DNA of 64,000 bases from Candidatus Heimdallarchaeum aukensis (GTDB taxonomy: Archaea; Asgardarchaeota; Heimdallarchaeia; Heimdallarchaeales; Heimdallarchaeaceae). The notes beneath the pieces were generated by a model, which searched no databases, was not told the DNA's origin, and saw only the letters and a list, made by a program, of their open reading frames with translations. Location: positions 1,408,001-1,472,000 of the forward strand of contig CP084166.1 of the NCBI GenBank assembly GCA_021513695.1. The letters run 5' to 3'. This document shows, piece after piece, positions 29,185 through 38,290 of this stretch. The position numbers and the translations under genes were made by a program. Each line of letters opens with the position of its first letter. The first letter of the stretch is position 1.

Positions 29185-30930
29185 TTAATTTTCAAAAACC
29201 GAATGCATGTCTGAAATATCGTCTTCTGGTGTTTCTGCAGTGGGGTGTAGAAACACTTCTCCATCTAATATCGTAAAGGGAATCCTCCTTTTATCGATCC
29301 ATGGTGCAATTTCTCTAAATTCTTTAAAGAGATCATTACTTACAATCATTGCTGTTTCCTCTTCTGCTATTCTAAGAATAAATTTATCTCCGTCAACTCT
29401 CGCAGGTAGCATCTTTATAGCTCCTTCTTTCACTAGTTGATCCAACCTTCTTTGATTATCAATTTGATACCTAAGTGCAGCATCTGCAACCGTAATTATT
29501 TTCTTAAAGTTTGACCGACTAAGTTTATTGATCATTGCTTCAATGTTAGCTAACTTCGGATGACCAGCAGCATCTTTTTCTTCCCAAGCAACATTGCTTC
29601 CATCAACTATGACTACATCATAAGGATAAGTTGTTTCTGGAAATATGCGTTCTTGCTCACCTTTAGTTATCTTTACTAATCCTTTAATGATGTCTCTTGA
29701 GAAATAACCTATTCCTAGAAGTACTGTTATTAAAAGAATGATAATTGTAATATTTTTATCAAATGGATTTAACGGTTCGTCATTAGATATAATCTGAATA
29801 TGAAATACACCACTAAAATAAAAACTTGTAAACCAATAAATATCAGGTTGAATTTCCCAAGCTATTTGAATCGAAAGGGTGATCGTGGTATTGCCAGCTT
29901 CTATGGGTTTATCCTTTAAGATTATATGATGCCCTGAAAAGCTTGGAGATATAGCAAATATTTCTCCATTAACCTCTGAAAAAGCTATTAGAGGACAAGT
30001 GATTTCATGTTCAATATATACAACATCATCCTCAAAATTTGCTATGTTATAAGTGATTGAATAGTCTTTATTTAGTGAAGCATTCACGGAAAAATGAACA
30101 TTACTAATTGAAATATTAGGATAACAGATTATATACAAAGGCTCACTTAATACAATAACAGGATTATCTGGATCATCTAGATTTGTAAATGAAACCTGAT
30201 ATGAATGTTTTTGGTATAAAGGCTCATTTGTAAAAAACCTTATTGTTCCTTTGTAGCTTTCTCCACTATTTAACATTAGATTCAAATATGGAAGATAGAT
30301 AATGGGACTAGCTTCTGTCCCTTGCCGATTAACCAAGGCTGAGATAGTTACATTAGTTACAGCTGTACCCCCAACATTTACCAACTGGAAGTCTACTTCA
30401 GTAGTTGAATTACGTTTGAGGATTATTTTATTATTAACAAATGTCATTTCTATTTGCCCACTAGGGAGAACCTCGAGGGTAAAAATAGCAGTTTGATAAG
30501 TGGTTATGACATTTGTTCCATTAACAAAACTTTCGACTGAATAGTTTCCTGCTGGCTGGCTGTAAAAATCTTTTTTGTTGATTTTTACTACATAATCAGT
30601 TGAAGAATTACTAACTATATGCTTGTTTTCAATGATGTTTGCAGTTTCATAAGAGATGTTATAAAAAATAGTAGCATCACCATCAATAGGACTACCATTT
30701 AACCAAGACAAATGGAAAAATAAAATTAAATCATTTATTCCGCGTTTAATTACAGAAGAATTCAAAGATAAAGTAAAATTCACTTCTGATTTCTCTGAAA
30801 AATTATAATAATTCGAAACTGGTTCTTGTGAAACAATTACTTCAGAATTTGACATTGGAGAACTTATTAAGAAACTTGAGAACATGAAGAATGTGAGGAT
30901 AGATAGCGTAATTACTAGCTTTTTTTTCAT
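29185..30930 (-). CDS. Receptor-like membrane protein with an extracellular region, one transmembrane helix and a cytoplasmic Zc3h12a/NYN ribonuclease domain
   Basis: A signal or anchor sequence (MKKKLVITLSILTFFMFSSFLISSP), then a ~380 aa Asn/Ser/Thr-rich ectodomain, then the TM helix 'ITIIILLITVLLGIGYF'. The following ~170 aa contain 'VVIVDGSNVAW', 'IITVAD', 'MIVSNDLFKEF' and 'W..RRIPF', matching the MCPIP1/Zc3h12a NYN RNase motifs. Confidence 0.7.
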   Translation of the reverse strand: MKKKLVITLSILTFFMFSSFLISSPMSNSEVIVSQEPVSNYYNFSEKSEVNFTLSLNSSVIKRGINDLILFFHLSWLNGSPIDGDATIFYNISYETANIIENKHIVSNSSTDYVVKINKKDFYSQPAGNYSVESFVNGTNVITTYQTAIFTLEVLPSGQIEMTFVNNKIILKRNSTTEVDFQLVNVGGTAVTNVTISALVNRQGTEASPIIYLPYLNLMLNSGESYKGTIRFFTNEPLYQKHSYQVSFTNLDDPDNPVIVLSEPLYIICYPNISISNVHFSVNASLNKDYSITYNIANFEDDVVYIEHEITCPLIAFSEVNGEIFAISPSFSGHHIILKDKPIEAGNTTITLSIQIAWEIQPDIYWFTSFYFSGVFHIQIISNDEPLNPFDKNITIIILLITVLLGIGYFSRDIIKGLVKITKGEQERIFPETTYPYDVVIVDGSNVAWEEKDAAGHPKLANIEAMINKLSRSNFKKIITVADAALRYQIDNQRRLDQLVKEGAIKMLPARVDGDKFILRIAEEETAMIVSNDLFKEFREIAPWIDKRRIPFTILDGEVFLHPTAETPEDDISDMHSVFEN

Positions 30931-31004
30931 TTAATGACCTCCAATGTTATTAGTGAAGTAATAATTCCATTATAGTATATTCTCTTAATAAATCTTTATC
31001 TTAA

Positions 31005-31383
31005 AGGGTGTGCGGGAATACCCCTGATTCTGTTCGGAAGTCATTTACATGAAACTTCTTAGCAACATTCATCTATGCGCTTTACCCGACTTAGAAAGTC
31101 CTATTTAAGCTTGCACCACGATGTATGATCGTTTCATCGCTCCCTCTTTACTCCTCAATAACTTCATAGGACACCCTATGTGTCATATCATTGTCAACGT
31201 AAAGAGGACGTGTCGTTTCTATTTCAGGGACCACGTTCTCACGTGATGGGTTTGCACCCATATCGCTTGTTAGGTGTCAGGAGGTTCCTCAGGTTTAACC
31301 CGAAAGTTGCTCTCCCGCTCACCCTAAGAGTACTATGTTTTTATCAAAAATAAAGATAGCTGTCACAGATTGCTGACATTCTC
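31005..31383 (-). ncRNA. GC-rich non-coding segment downstream of the tnpB remnant; candidate omega-RNA/right-end element, or another structured RNA
   Basis: About 380 bp with clearly higher G+C than the flanks and no ORF in any frame. It lies directly 3' of the tnpB C-terminal fragment on the same strand. Confidence 0.3.
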
Positions 31384-31704
31384 TCACGCTAAAGCGTGGG
31401 AGGTTCTTGATTCTACAGAGAGAAGCAAAGGGCGTGCCACCGCCCCGTTAATGACTCCCGCAGGGAAACGTTCACCCTGAGCGAGACCTATATTTAAACA
31501 ACCTACAGCGTCTCTATGGGGCTCTAAGCCACAATCAAGACATTTGAATAATCTTTTTCTTTTGAATACGTGCGTAGAACGACAACGGGGGCAAATAGAG
31601 GAACTGTGTGCTTCTATAACTTCTTTTACGCTTATACCGTATTCTTCTGCCTTTGCTTTGATTCTCGTAACGAGATAATTATGACTCCAAAAATTGTGTA
31701 CCAT
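31384..31704 (-). pseudogene. tnpB: IS200/IS605-family tnpB (OrfB) remnant; only the RuvC-III and zinc-finger C-terminus remains
   Basis: 106 aa fragment. 'EEYGISVKEVIEAHSSSICPRCRS...FKCLDCGLEPHRDAVGCLNI' matches the TnpB C-terminal 'YTSQxCxxCG...CxxCG..xDRDxNAAxNI' region. The ~300 aa N-terminal part is absent. Confidence 0.7.
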
Positions 31705-31976
31705 AGAATTGGTTTTTTTTTCTCTTTAAATTATTTTTTCTAATTCTTGTTATATTCTTTTTTATTACAGTTTTATATTTAACTTAAGCGTTTTTAATTC
31801 TTACATAATTTATCTCAACCCTGAAGGGTATGAGCTTTTTTGCGTATAAAATAGCAAATATATTTTGAAAATGGAACAAAAATATTAAATCTTAAGTCGA
31901 TACTTTACAACAAAAGACATTAAATATCGAATGATTTATTTAGGTAAGGAAAATTCAATGTTTGAAGAGTGAAAAA

Positions 31977-32054
31977 GGGCCAGTAGTCTAGCTTGGATAA
32001 GGCACCTGCCTGCGGAGCAGGGTATCGCAGGTTCAAGTCCTGCCTGGCCCGCCA
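31977..32054 (+). tRNA. tRNA-Arg (anticodon GCG)
   Basis: Acceptor gggccag/ctggccc. Anticodon stem cctgc/gcagg with loop cuGCGga. T-arm gcagg-ttcaagt-cctgc. Encoded CCA. Confidence 0.85.
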
Positions 32055-32057
32055 TTT

Positions 32058-32762
32058 TTACAGAAGTGAATGTTTTGTTTTATAAAAGGGGCTTGTCTTT
32101 TTCAAGGGAACCTCCAAAAATGCTTCTGCAAACCCCACTTGTGCTTGTGTACCTCTCATTTTTGTTCTATACTTATGAAACTCAATATAGAAATTATTTC
32201 CTCCTTTGTCGAGCTGAGAACTATAACATTTCATAGCTTTTTCTTTTACTTCAACAAAATCTGAAATGTCAACAAGTACATGAGGGTTCGATAATAGAAC
32301 TGTCGTTTCAGTGAAATAAAGCTTAGAAACAATAAAGGAGTTTGAATACTGTGTTTCATGTGCTGCCCATTCTATTGCCTCTTTAACCATAGAACTTGTT
32401 AAACGATGTTCAACATGATAATCATTATCCATATGGGTCACTATTATTTCAGGACGATAAGTAAGAATAAAATCAATAATTTGATTTTTCATTTCTACTT
32501 CATTATTTTCTATTGTTTTGTAATTTAGGATTATTGCTTTTTTAACGTTTAAAATCTTTGTAGCTTCTATGTATTCTTTTTTTCTTACTTCATTTGAAGT
32601 CAAACAAAGCGAATATACATTATTTCCCAAAGCGGAATAGCGAGCAATGGTTCCTCCTGTACTAAAACTTTCATCATCAGGGTGTGCAAAAATAAAGGCA
32701 ATATTCATAAAGAAAATTAAAAAAAAGTAGAGATAAAGATTTCTATCTTCTAAAAAAATCAT
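32058..32762 (-). CDS. LmbE/PIG-L family N-acetylglucosaminyl deacetylase
   Basis: N-terminal 'AHPDDESFSTGG' is the HPDDE zinc-binding signature. 234 aa. Confidence 0.8.
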   Translation of the reverse strand: MIFLEDRNLYLYFFLIFFMNIAFIFAHPDDESFSTGGTIARYSALGNNVYSLCLTSNEVRKKEYIEATKILNVKKAIILNYKTIENNEVEMKNQIIDFILTYRPEIIVTHMDNDYHVEHRLTSSMVKEAIEWAAHETQYSNSFIVSKLYFTETTVLLSNPHVLVDISDFVEVKEKAMKCYSSQLDKGGNNFYIEFHKYRTKMRGTQAQVGFAEAFLEVPLKKTSPFYKTKHSLL

Positions 32763-33757
32763 TATTTTTTGGTGATATAGTCTACTGCATTAATCCCTGC
32801 CTTGTATCCTTCACCCATTAATATTGCACAATAATCTTTTTCTCCTGTTATTACTCCTGCTGCAAAAAGTCCTGGAATGTTTGTTTCTTTTATATTATTT
32901 GTTTCTAAGAATCCTTCTTCATCAATTCTTATATCGAGTTCTTTCAACATTGAGAAATCAGGTTTATCTTTTAATTCTATAAAAACTGCATTTACTGAAA
33001 GTTCTTTTTCTTCTCCATCTTCAACAAATTTTATTCCAGTTACAAATTGTGACCCCACTACTTCAACCTTTGATAGATCAATTCCATATTTTATTTTTAC
33101 ATTTGGTGATTTTTCCAGTTTTTTCATGAAACGTTTGTCAATGTCAAGAGTAGATGATGGACAAAGAACAGTGACTTTTCTGCAATATTTTCTTAAGAAA
33201 AGAGCTCCTCTTGCAGCGAAATTATCTTTTCCAATAATGCACACTTTCTTTCCTCTAAACAAAGCTCCGTCACACACCGCACAATAAGATAAACCTTGTC
33301 CTTCAAATTCCTCTTCTCCCTTAACTGCACCTTTCAATTCTGGAAGATCATAAGCTAGAATAACAGCCTTTGCTTTGAATGATTCCCCATCTTCGGTCAC
33401 TAAAACAAAATCTTCTTCTTTTATGATCTTTGAAATTTCTTCCTCTTCAATCTCAATTCTTTTCTCTTTTACCTTTAAATTATCATCTTGTTCATCAGAA
33501 GATGAAAAATAAGAAATATATTCATTGTTAAATTTTTCAATTTGCCCCAAAATCTGAACAATGTAATCAACGCCCACTACGCTTTCAACCCCAGGAATTG
33601 TGTCAATGGTTCCTTTTTTTGCTGTATTTGTATCATAGGGTATTCCAAAAAGTTTTATTTTAAGGTCTGGGTTTTTTGAATATGCAGCTATCGCAGCTGA
33701 TAACCCTGTCAATCCTGAACCAATTATAGCTAAATCAATAGTCCCATCTCTATTCAT
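32762..33757 (-). CDS. Thioredoxin-reductase-like FAD/NAD(P) oxidoreductase
   Basis: 'DLAIIGSGLTGLSAA' FAD motif and 'CAVCDG' redox-active disulfide. The ORF track starts at a GTG at 33952; ATG Met66 at 33757 places the GxGxxG motif at the N-terminus, so I use that start. Confidence 0.65.
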   Translation of the reverse strand: MNRDGTIDLAIIGSGLTGLSAAIAAYSKNPDLKIKLFGIPYDTNTAKKGTIDTIPGVESVVGVDYIVQILGQIEKFNNEYISYFSSSDEQDDNLKVKEKRIEIEEEEISKIIKEEDFVLVTEDGESFKAKAVILAYDLPELKGAVKGEEEFEGQGLSYCAVCDGALFRGKKVCIIGKDNFAARGALFLRKYCRKVTVLCPSSTLDIDKRFMKKLEKSPNVKIKYGIDLSKVEVVGSQFVTGIKFVEDGEEKELSVNAVFIELKDKPDFSMLKELDIRIDEEGFLETNNIKETNIPGLFAAGVITGEKDYCAILMGEGYKAGINAVDYITKK

Positions 33758-33879
33758 ATAAGAAGTAAACACAGAATTAAAAATAAAGTTAACTATCGAT
33801 TTTTTTGCGGATAGTTTTTCGACATCCTTTTTATAAAATAACGAGAAAATATATATAGAAAATTTTATGGGGACTAAAA

Positions 33880-34098
33880 ATGGGCAAACAAGAAATTTCT
33901 GTTTCAGGACAAAGATTAATTCAATTACTTGAAGAAAAAGGTCCTTTGACACAAAAACAATTAATTATTGAGTCAGAGATACCTGCTCGAACAGCTAGAT
34001 ATGCCTTAAAAAGATTAATCGAAATGGGATTGATCATAAAAAGGAATAATTTAGCAGATATGAGAAGCGTCTATTATTTCTTAGTTGAGGAAAACTAA
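33880..34098 (+). CDS. Small winged-helix transcriptional regulator of 72 aa
   Basis: 'LTQKQLIIESEIPARTARYALKRLIEMGLI' is a classic HTH recognition helix. It is divergent from the reductase-like gene. Confidence 0.5.
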   Translation: MGKQEISVSGQRLIQLLEEKGPLTQKQLIIESEIPARTARYALKRLIEMGLIIKRNNLADMRSVYYFLVEEN

Positions 34099-34133
34099 TC
34101 TATAGTAACTTCCCCAACTTTTTATTTATATTA

Positions 34134-35708
34134 CTATATTTTAGCTGTGTAATTGATTTTGTTGTTTGTTTCACTCCCAGGGAATATTCCAAGTATTCTC
34201 CTAAAGTTAGAAGGAATAAAGACTTCAGATACTACAATTGCTCCATCAGAAGAGATATCTATAATATTAAAACTGTTTTCACTACTTGCAGTTTTTTGAG
34301 AAGAAAAAGTATTACAGTTTACAAAAACTGTTTTCTCAACTCTCGTACAGAAAGCTCGACCTAGATGACCTGACATAACTAAGTTCACATTTGTATCAAC
34401 TAACAACCGTAGAACATCTCCAGCATCTTCTAATGCAGAAGTTTCTCGGGTACCTGGAATAGGCACAAGATGATGATGCATTATAACACTATTAAATTGC
34501 TTACTTCGTTCTTTTTTAGCTTGATGTACATAACGATGTAACTTTAATTGAGTTCTCCTCCCAACTACACCAATATCAGTTCCAGCTTCAGAGGTATTAA
34601 GAACATAAAAATTAGAATTTTCTTTTTCTATTAAATGTTCAATGTCAAAATATTTGTTTAGGAGAGATTCTCCATACCCTCTAAGATCTCTTGGCCCTGG
34701 ACAGAAAATAAACTTCTCTTTGTATTTGAGAAAATGTTCTATTGCTTGTTCATATTCATCAGAGTATCCACTGTATGTCAAATTACCATTATGAATTATT
34801 ACATCTGGTTTTGTATCATCTATCAATTTCATTCCTTTTTTAAAATACTCAGCTTGTTTAGACCAAGAAGAACCAAAATCTGTTCCTGATAATTGTACAA
34901 TGCGTAACCATTTTCCTCCAGAAGAATTAACCATACGAAAACGCCTTGTTATGGTTTTAATCTCTTCATGCAGTTCATTTCCTTTAGATTCAATAGTTTT
35001 AATTTTCACATCTTTCTGAGGTCTTATTTCTACTAAATTAAAAGAATGAGGTTCTCCGCTCCTTGTTTTATAACTTGAAATCGAACCAGAGGAAATAATT
35101 ATAGTATCTTCCACTTTGTATACATTGGGATGATGTTTATGACCAGTAAAAACAGCATCTACACCATAGTCAAGCAAAATTGAAAGCATTTCTCCAGAAT
35201 CCACAGCATTAGACCTTTCTCTCCCCACCTTAGGAATTGGTAGTAGATGATGATGGAAAGCCACTATTTTTATTCTATCTTCTCCAAACTTAGTAAGTAT
35301 TTTTTTAGCAAAATCAAACGCTTTCCTTCCAAAACGACCACTATCTCGATCAGGAACACAAGAATCTAATCCAATAAAAAGAACTTTATCATCAACATCA
35401 AAAAAATCTCTTTCTCCCACCATCTTTTCCCAAACTTCGAACCCACCAGAACGACTGTCATGATTTCCGATGATCCAGTGGATCTTAGGGAGGTTAATTA
35501 ATTCCCTTAATTTATTTGCAAACACATAATCCTCATATAATCCGTCTTGAGTTAAGTCACCAGAAAAAATTCCGAAGTCTATTTTCAATTTATTTGCTAA
35601 TGAATTAATTTCATTCACTGCAGCAAAATATTCGGAAGAAACAAATTGAGGTCTAGAAGTTATGTGTGTATCACCAAAGTGAATTATCCTAACAGCTGAA
35701 TCACGCAT
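34134..35708 (-). CDS. Tandem-duplicated calcineurin-like metallophosphoesterase
   Basis: Two sets of phosphoesterase motifs. Domain 1 has 'IIHFGDTHI', 'GDLTQDG', 'GNHDS' and 'GHKHH'. Domain 2 has 'IIHNGNLTY', 'CPGPRD', 'HHHLVP' and 'SGHLGRA'. The start is trimmed to Met27 (35708) to avoid overlapping the CBS gene. Confidence 0.65.
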   Translation of the reverse strand: MRDSAVRIIHFGDTHITSRPQFVSSEYFAAVNEINSLANKLKIDFGIFSGDLTQDGLYEDYVFANKLRELINLPKIHWIIGNHDSRSGGFEVWEKMVGERDFFDVDDKVLFIGLDSCVPDRDSGRFGRKAFDFAKKILTKFGEDRIKIVAFHHHLLPIPKVGRERSNAVDSGEMLSILLDYGVDAVFTGHKHHPNVYKVEDTIIISSGSISSYKTRSGEPHSFNLVEIRPQKDVKIKTIESKGNELHEEIKTITRRFRMVNSSGGKWLRIVQLSGTDFGSSWSKQAEYFKKGMKLIDDTKPDVIIHNGNLTYSGYSDEYEQAIEHFLKYKEKFIFCPGPRDLRGYGESLLNKYFDIEHLIEKENSNFYVLNTSEAGTDIGVVGRRTQLKLHRYVHQAKKERSKQFNSVIMHHHLVPIPGTRETSALEDAGDVLRLLVDTNVNLVMSGHLGRAFCTRVEKTVFVNCNTFSSQKTASSENSFNIIDISSDGAIVVSEVFIPSNFRRILGIFPGSETNNKINYTAKI

Positions 35709-35775
35709 TGTGACAAGTATTTGTAAATGGATAAAAAACCTTTTTCTAAAAAATTTAAAATGATTTTTTGAGAAT

Positions 35776-36171
35776 TTAAACAACAAGCAAGTTTAGCGGA
35801 TTTAGCATTCCAATAATCTTATCTCCATCCTTAACTATCAAGTGGTTTATTCTCTTTTCTTTCATTTTAACGAGAGCGACTGAAATTGTTTCTCTTGCTG
35901 AGATAGAGATTAATGGGCTAGTCATAATTTCTTTAATTTTTGTTTTATTGAAGTCTAGTTCCTTATAAAGAGCTTTTACGATATCTTTAGTTGTAATAAT
36001 ACCGACTGGCTCGTTATCATTTGTTACAAGTATGGAACCAATATCGAAATCTGCTATTATTTTAACAGCTTCATTTAGATTCTTTTCTCCTTCAATGAAT
36101 AATACACCTTTTGTCATAACACTTGTTACAGGTTCTTCATAAATAGGTTCTCGCAGAGTCATTATCCTCAA
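35776..36171 (-). CDS. CBS-domain pair protein
   Basis: Two CBS motifs ('GSILVTNDNEPVGIITTKDIV' and 'HLIVKDGDKIIGMLN'). 131 aa. Confidence 0.75.
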   Translation of the reverse strand: MRIMTLREPIYEEPVTSVMTKGVLFIEGEKNLNEAVKIIADFDIGSILVTNDNEPVGIITTKDIVKALYKELDFNKTKIKEIMTSPLISISARETISVALVKMKEKRINHLIVKDGDKIIGMLNPLNLLVV

Positions 36172-36305
36172 AATAAGCTTTTATTTGCTTTTATTAATGT
36201 TTTTGAAAAAAGATAATTACAAAAAAAAGAAAAATTTGATACGAAAAACTAATATGTAGATTCAATATAATAATAGAATCGAGAGAACTAGGAGTAGGAA
36301 AAAAG

Positions 36306-36752
36306 TTGTATGCGGATAGTCAAGAGATATTTCATTTAGCGACGCAATTACAAAGAATAAATTACTTGGGGCATGTACAAACTTTCCAAATTGAATTCGA
36401 CTATTTAGAAGAAGAGATGAAAAAGAAACTTCTGGATGTATTTAATGATTCTACGGGTATTGGTCAATTCAAGTCAGATATGATAATAATAGAACAAGTA
36501 GGGGAAAGAGATTTTCTTAAGACTGTTGAGACATTTCAATATATTGCTAAGGTTATGGGGGATCTGTCAGCAATAGATAGTATAACTGCTTTAGTAGAAA
36601 TAAATTACAAAAATGATGTTCATTTTATCGTTGTTTCCTTTGTACCACCTGATTCATTGGAATTAATAAGTACAAGTGAAAGTAAACTATATTTTGAACT
36701 ATTAAACTATGTAAGAACAAAATGGGCATTTTCAAAGACATTTATTCGATAA
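36306..36752 (+). CDS. Hypothetical 148 aa protein
   Basis: ORF only. No motif recognised. Confidence 0.4.
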   Translation: MYADSQEIFHLATQLQRINYLGHVQTFQIEFDYLEEEMKKKLLDVFNDSTGIGQFKSDMIIIEQVGERDFLKTVETFQYIAKVMGDLSAIDSITALVEINYKNDVHFIVVSFVPPDSLELISTSESKLYFELLNYVRTKWAFSKTFIR

Positions 36753-36770
36753 TAATTTCTACTAGTTTTA

Positions 36771-37856
36771 CTAGGCAAATGGTCTTTCTCTTAATAGGGC
36801 ACGAAGTAATTCCAAATTTGTTTGTATTTTAGGTGAATTGATGGGTAAATTTTCATTTTTTATGGAATCAATTATATCATATAATATATATGTTGCAATA
36901 TGGAAATCTATTGTATAACCATCTGGATACATCGATTGGAGGTCTTGTTCTACTCCAATTTCAGTTAGAGTTTTATCATATTCGTATATAAATTTCATAA
37001 CTTTATTTTTTGTTGAAGTAAAAGATTTAGTACTTTTATATTCGGTTATAACATCAAGAGCAAAATAAGCACCAATATCCTCGCATCTATCTCTATTAGC
37101 TTCTATAAATTCTGAATTAAAAACATAAACTTTCACTTTTTCGCAATCTTGTTCAGTTAAACTGGAACGGTCTGAAGATGAATCAATAACCATTTTTAAG
37201 TTAGACTTATGAAAATCACCATGAATAACAGCAGAACCCTTGGATTTTTGTAAAATAGCTAAGGAGGGAACAAGGAGATCAATCAATTCTTGTTCTAGAT
37301 CCTCGTTGTTCAATAAAGAGATCAAAAATAGAATGACCGTTTTATAAGGTTCAACATCAATTTCTTTTGCTCCTATCCCATGAATTAAGGCCAAGGTTTT
37401 TGCTGCGAGTTTTAATGAATCATCTTCTGAAATGTTGCTTTTTACGTCAATCCCTAAACCTGCTTCATAGATAATACACTTGTTTTTTGCACTTTTATAG
37501 ATAATAGGAGGAACTAAAACACAAGGATAGTTTTTCAATGAGGAAGCTAAAATTTCATAATTGCTAATTTCTTTGATATAAGCCTCTTCGTCCTTACTGA
37601 ACTTTACTATTAAATAAACGACATGTTTACCCAATTCAGATTCTAAATTATATGTTACAAAGTGTGTTTTTGAACGAGAGGAACGAAAATCCTGGGAAGT
37701 AACATCAACAATGGATATTTGATGGGGAGTAGCGTTTGTTTCTTTTTCAACAGATTGCTTAAAGTATTCTTTTAAACTCTCTCCAATTATAGTAAGTATT
37801 CTTTTCAGTTTTTCAAAATCTTTTTTATTGTTTGGAGAGTTATTTGCTTTTTGCAT
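36771..37856 (-). CDS. Protein-kinase-like phosphotransferase (APH/ChoK-type), paralogue of 2322..3359
   Basis: 'VIHGDFHKSNLKMV' catalytic loop and a downstream 'FNSEF...DIGAYF' region. Homologous to the 2322..3359 product. Confidence 0.55.
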   Translation of the reverse strand: MQKANNSPNNKKDFEKLKRILTIIGESLKEYFKQSVEKETNATPHQISIVDVTSQDFRSSRSKTHFVTYNLESELGKHVVYLIVKFSKDEEAYIKEISNYEILASSLKNYPCVLVPPIIYKSAKNKCIIYEAGLGIDVKSNISEDDSLKLAAKTLALIHGIGAKEIDVEPYKTVILFLISLLNNEDLEQELIDLLVPSLAILQKSKGSAVIHGDFHKSNLKMVIDSSSDRSSLTEQDCEKVKVYVFNSEFIEANRDRCEDIGAYFALDVITEYKSTKSFTSTKNKVMKFIYEYDKTLTEIGVEQDLQSMYPDGYTIDFHIATYILYDIIDSIKNENLPINSPKIQTNLELLRALLRERPFA

Positions 37857-37889
37857 TTAATTCAACTTATAGATATAATTCAAACTTAT

Positions 37890-38290
37890 AAAAGCTTTAT
37901 GTGTTTACTATGGGGTAGTGTCTAGTTTTTATACCACCTCCTAGGCAAAAAGGAATTAAGGGGTGGGTGTCCAAGGCTCTGGTGGGGGCGAATGAAGTTA
38001 TAATAAAGCATAAAGAGAGTAAGAAAACCAGAGAGATGATCGGAGCCATAAATAGCTCGAATAGAACAGGTACAGTGGAGAACAGAGTGAAACCAACGAT
38101 AGGTCTTAAGACTGGCATTAAAGCGCTCAACATATGACCGTATACCACCACTAACAACAAGATGATTAAGCCCGAGACGAGATAGATAGGATAGAATAGC
38201 AGGAACCAGCATCAGTGACGACGATACGTGGTTTTGAGGCCCAACAGCGGAACCAATAACGAAAAGTTAGTAAGCACTCGAGGACACTAC
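37890..38290. mobile_element. Degenerate insertion-sequence fragment (3' part of a DDE/rve-type transposase gene)
   Basis: A higher-GC patch encoding a transposase C-terminus in two overlapping frames. It abuts the 5'-truncated surface-protein gene. Confidence 0.5.
37922..38212 (-). pseudogene. DDE (integrase-core, IS481/IS3-like) transposase C-terminal remnant
   Basis: 'VERFNASLKTY...YNFIRPHQSLGHPP' matches the 'ERFNrtLK ... YNxxRPHxxLg' C-terminal signature of rve-type DDE transposases. The catalytic N-terminal portion is missing. Confidence 0.6.

Noticed and set aside
31005-31383. GC-rich block considered as a protein-coding remnant
   Set aside because: All six frames are interrupted by stops every few dozen codons. 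A structured or IS-end RNA or a decayed remnant explains it better.
33757-33952. N-terminal 65 aa extension of the thioredoxin-reductase-like ORF in the ORF track
   Set aside because: The ORF track begins at a GTG. The extension would overlap the divergent wHTH gene (33880..34098) and place the FAD GxGxxG motif at residue ~75. The ATG at 33757 gives a canonical N-terminus.
35709-35786. N-terminal 26 aa extension of the tandem phosphoesterase ORF
   Set aside because: It overlaps the 3' end of the CBS gene on the same strand and is a basic, Phe-rich non-conserved leader. Met27 directly precedes the first metal-binding motif.
37897-38160. 87 aa hydrophobic ORF overlapping the transposase remnant in another frame
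   Set aside because: It overlaps the frame carrying the clear 'ERFN…YNFIRPHQSLG' transposase signature. Its own sequence is a motif-less hydrophobic string.
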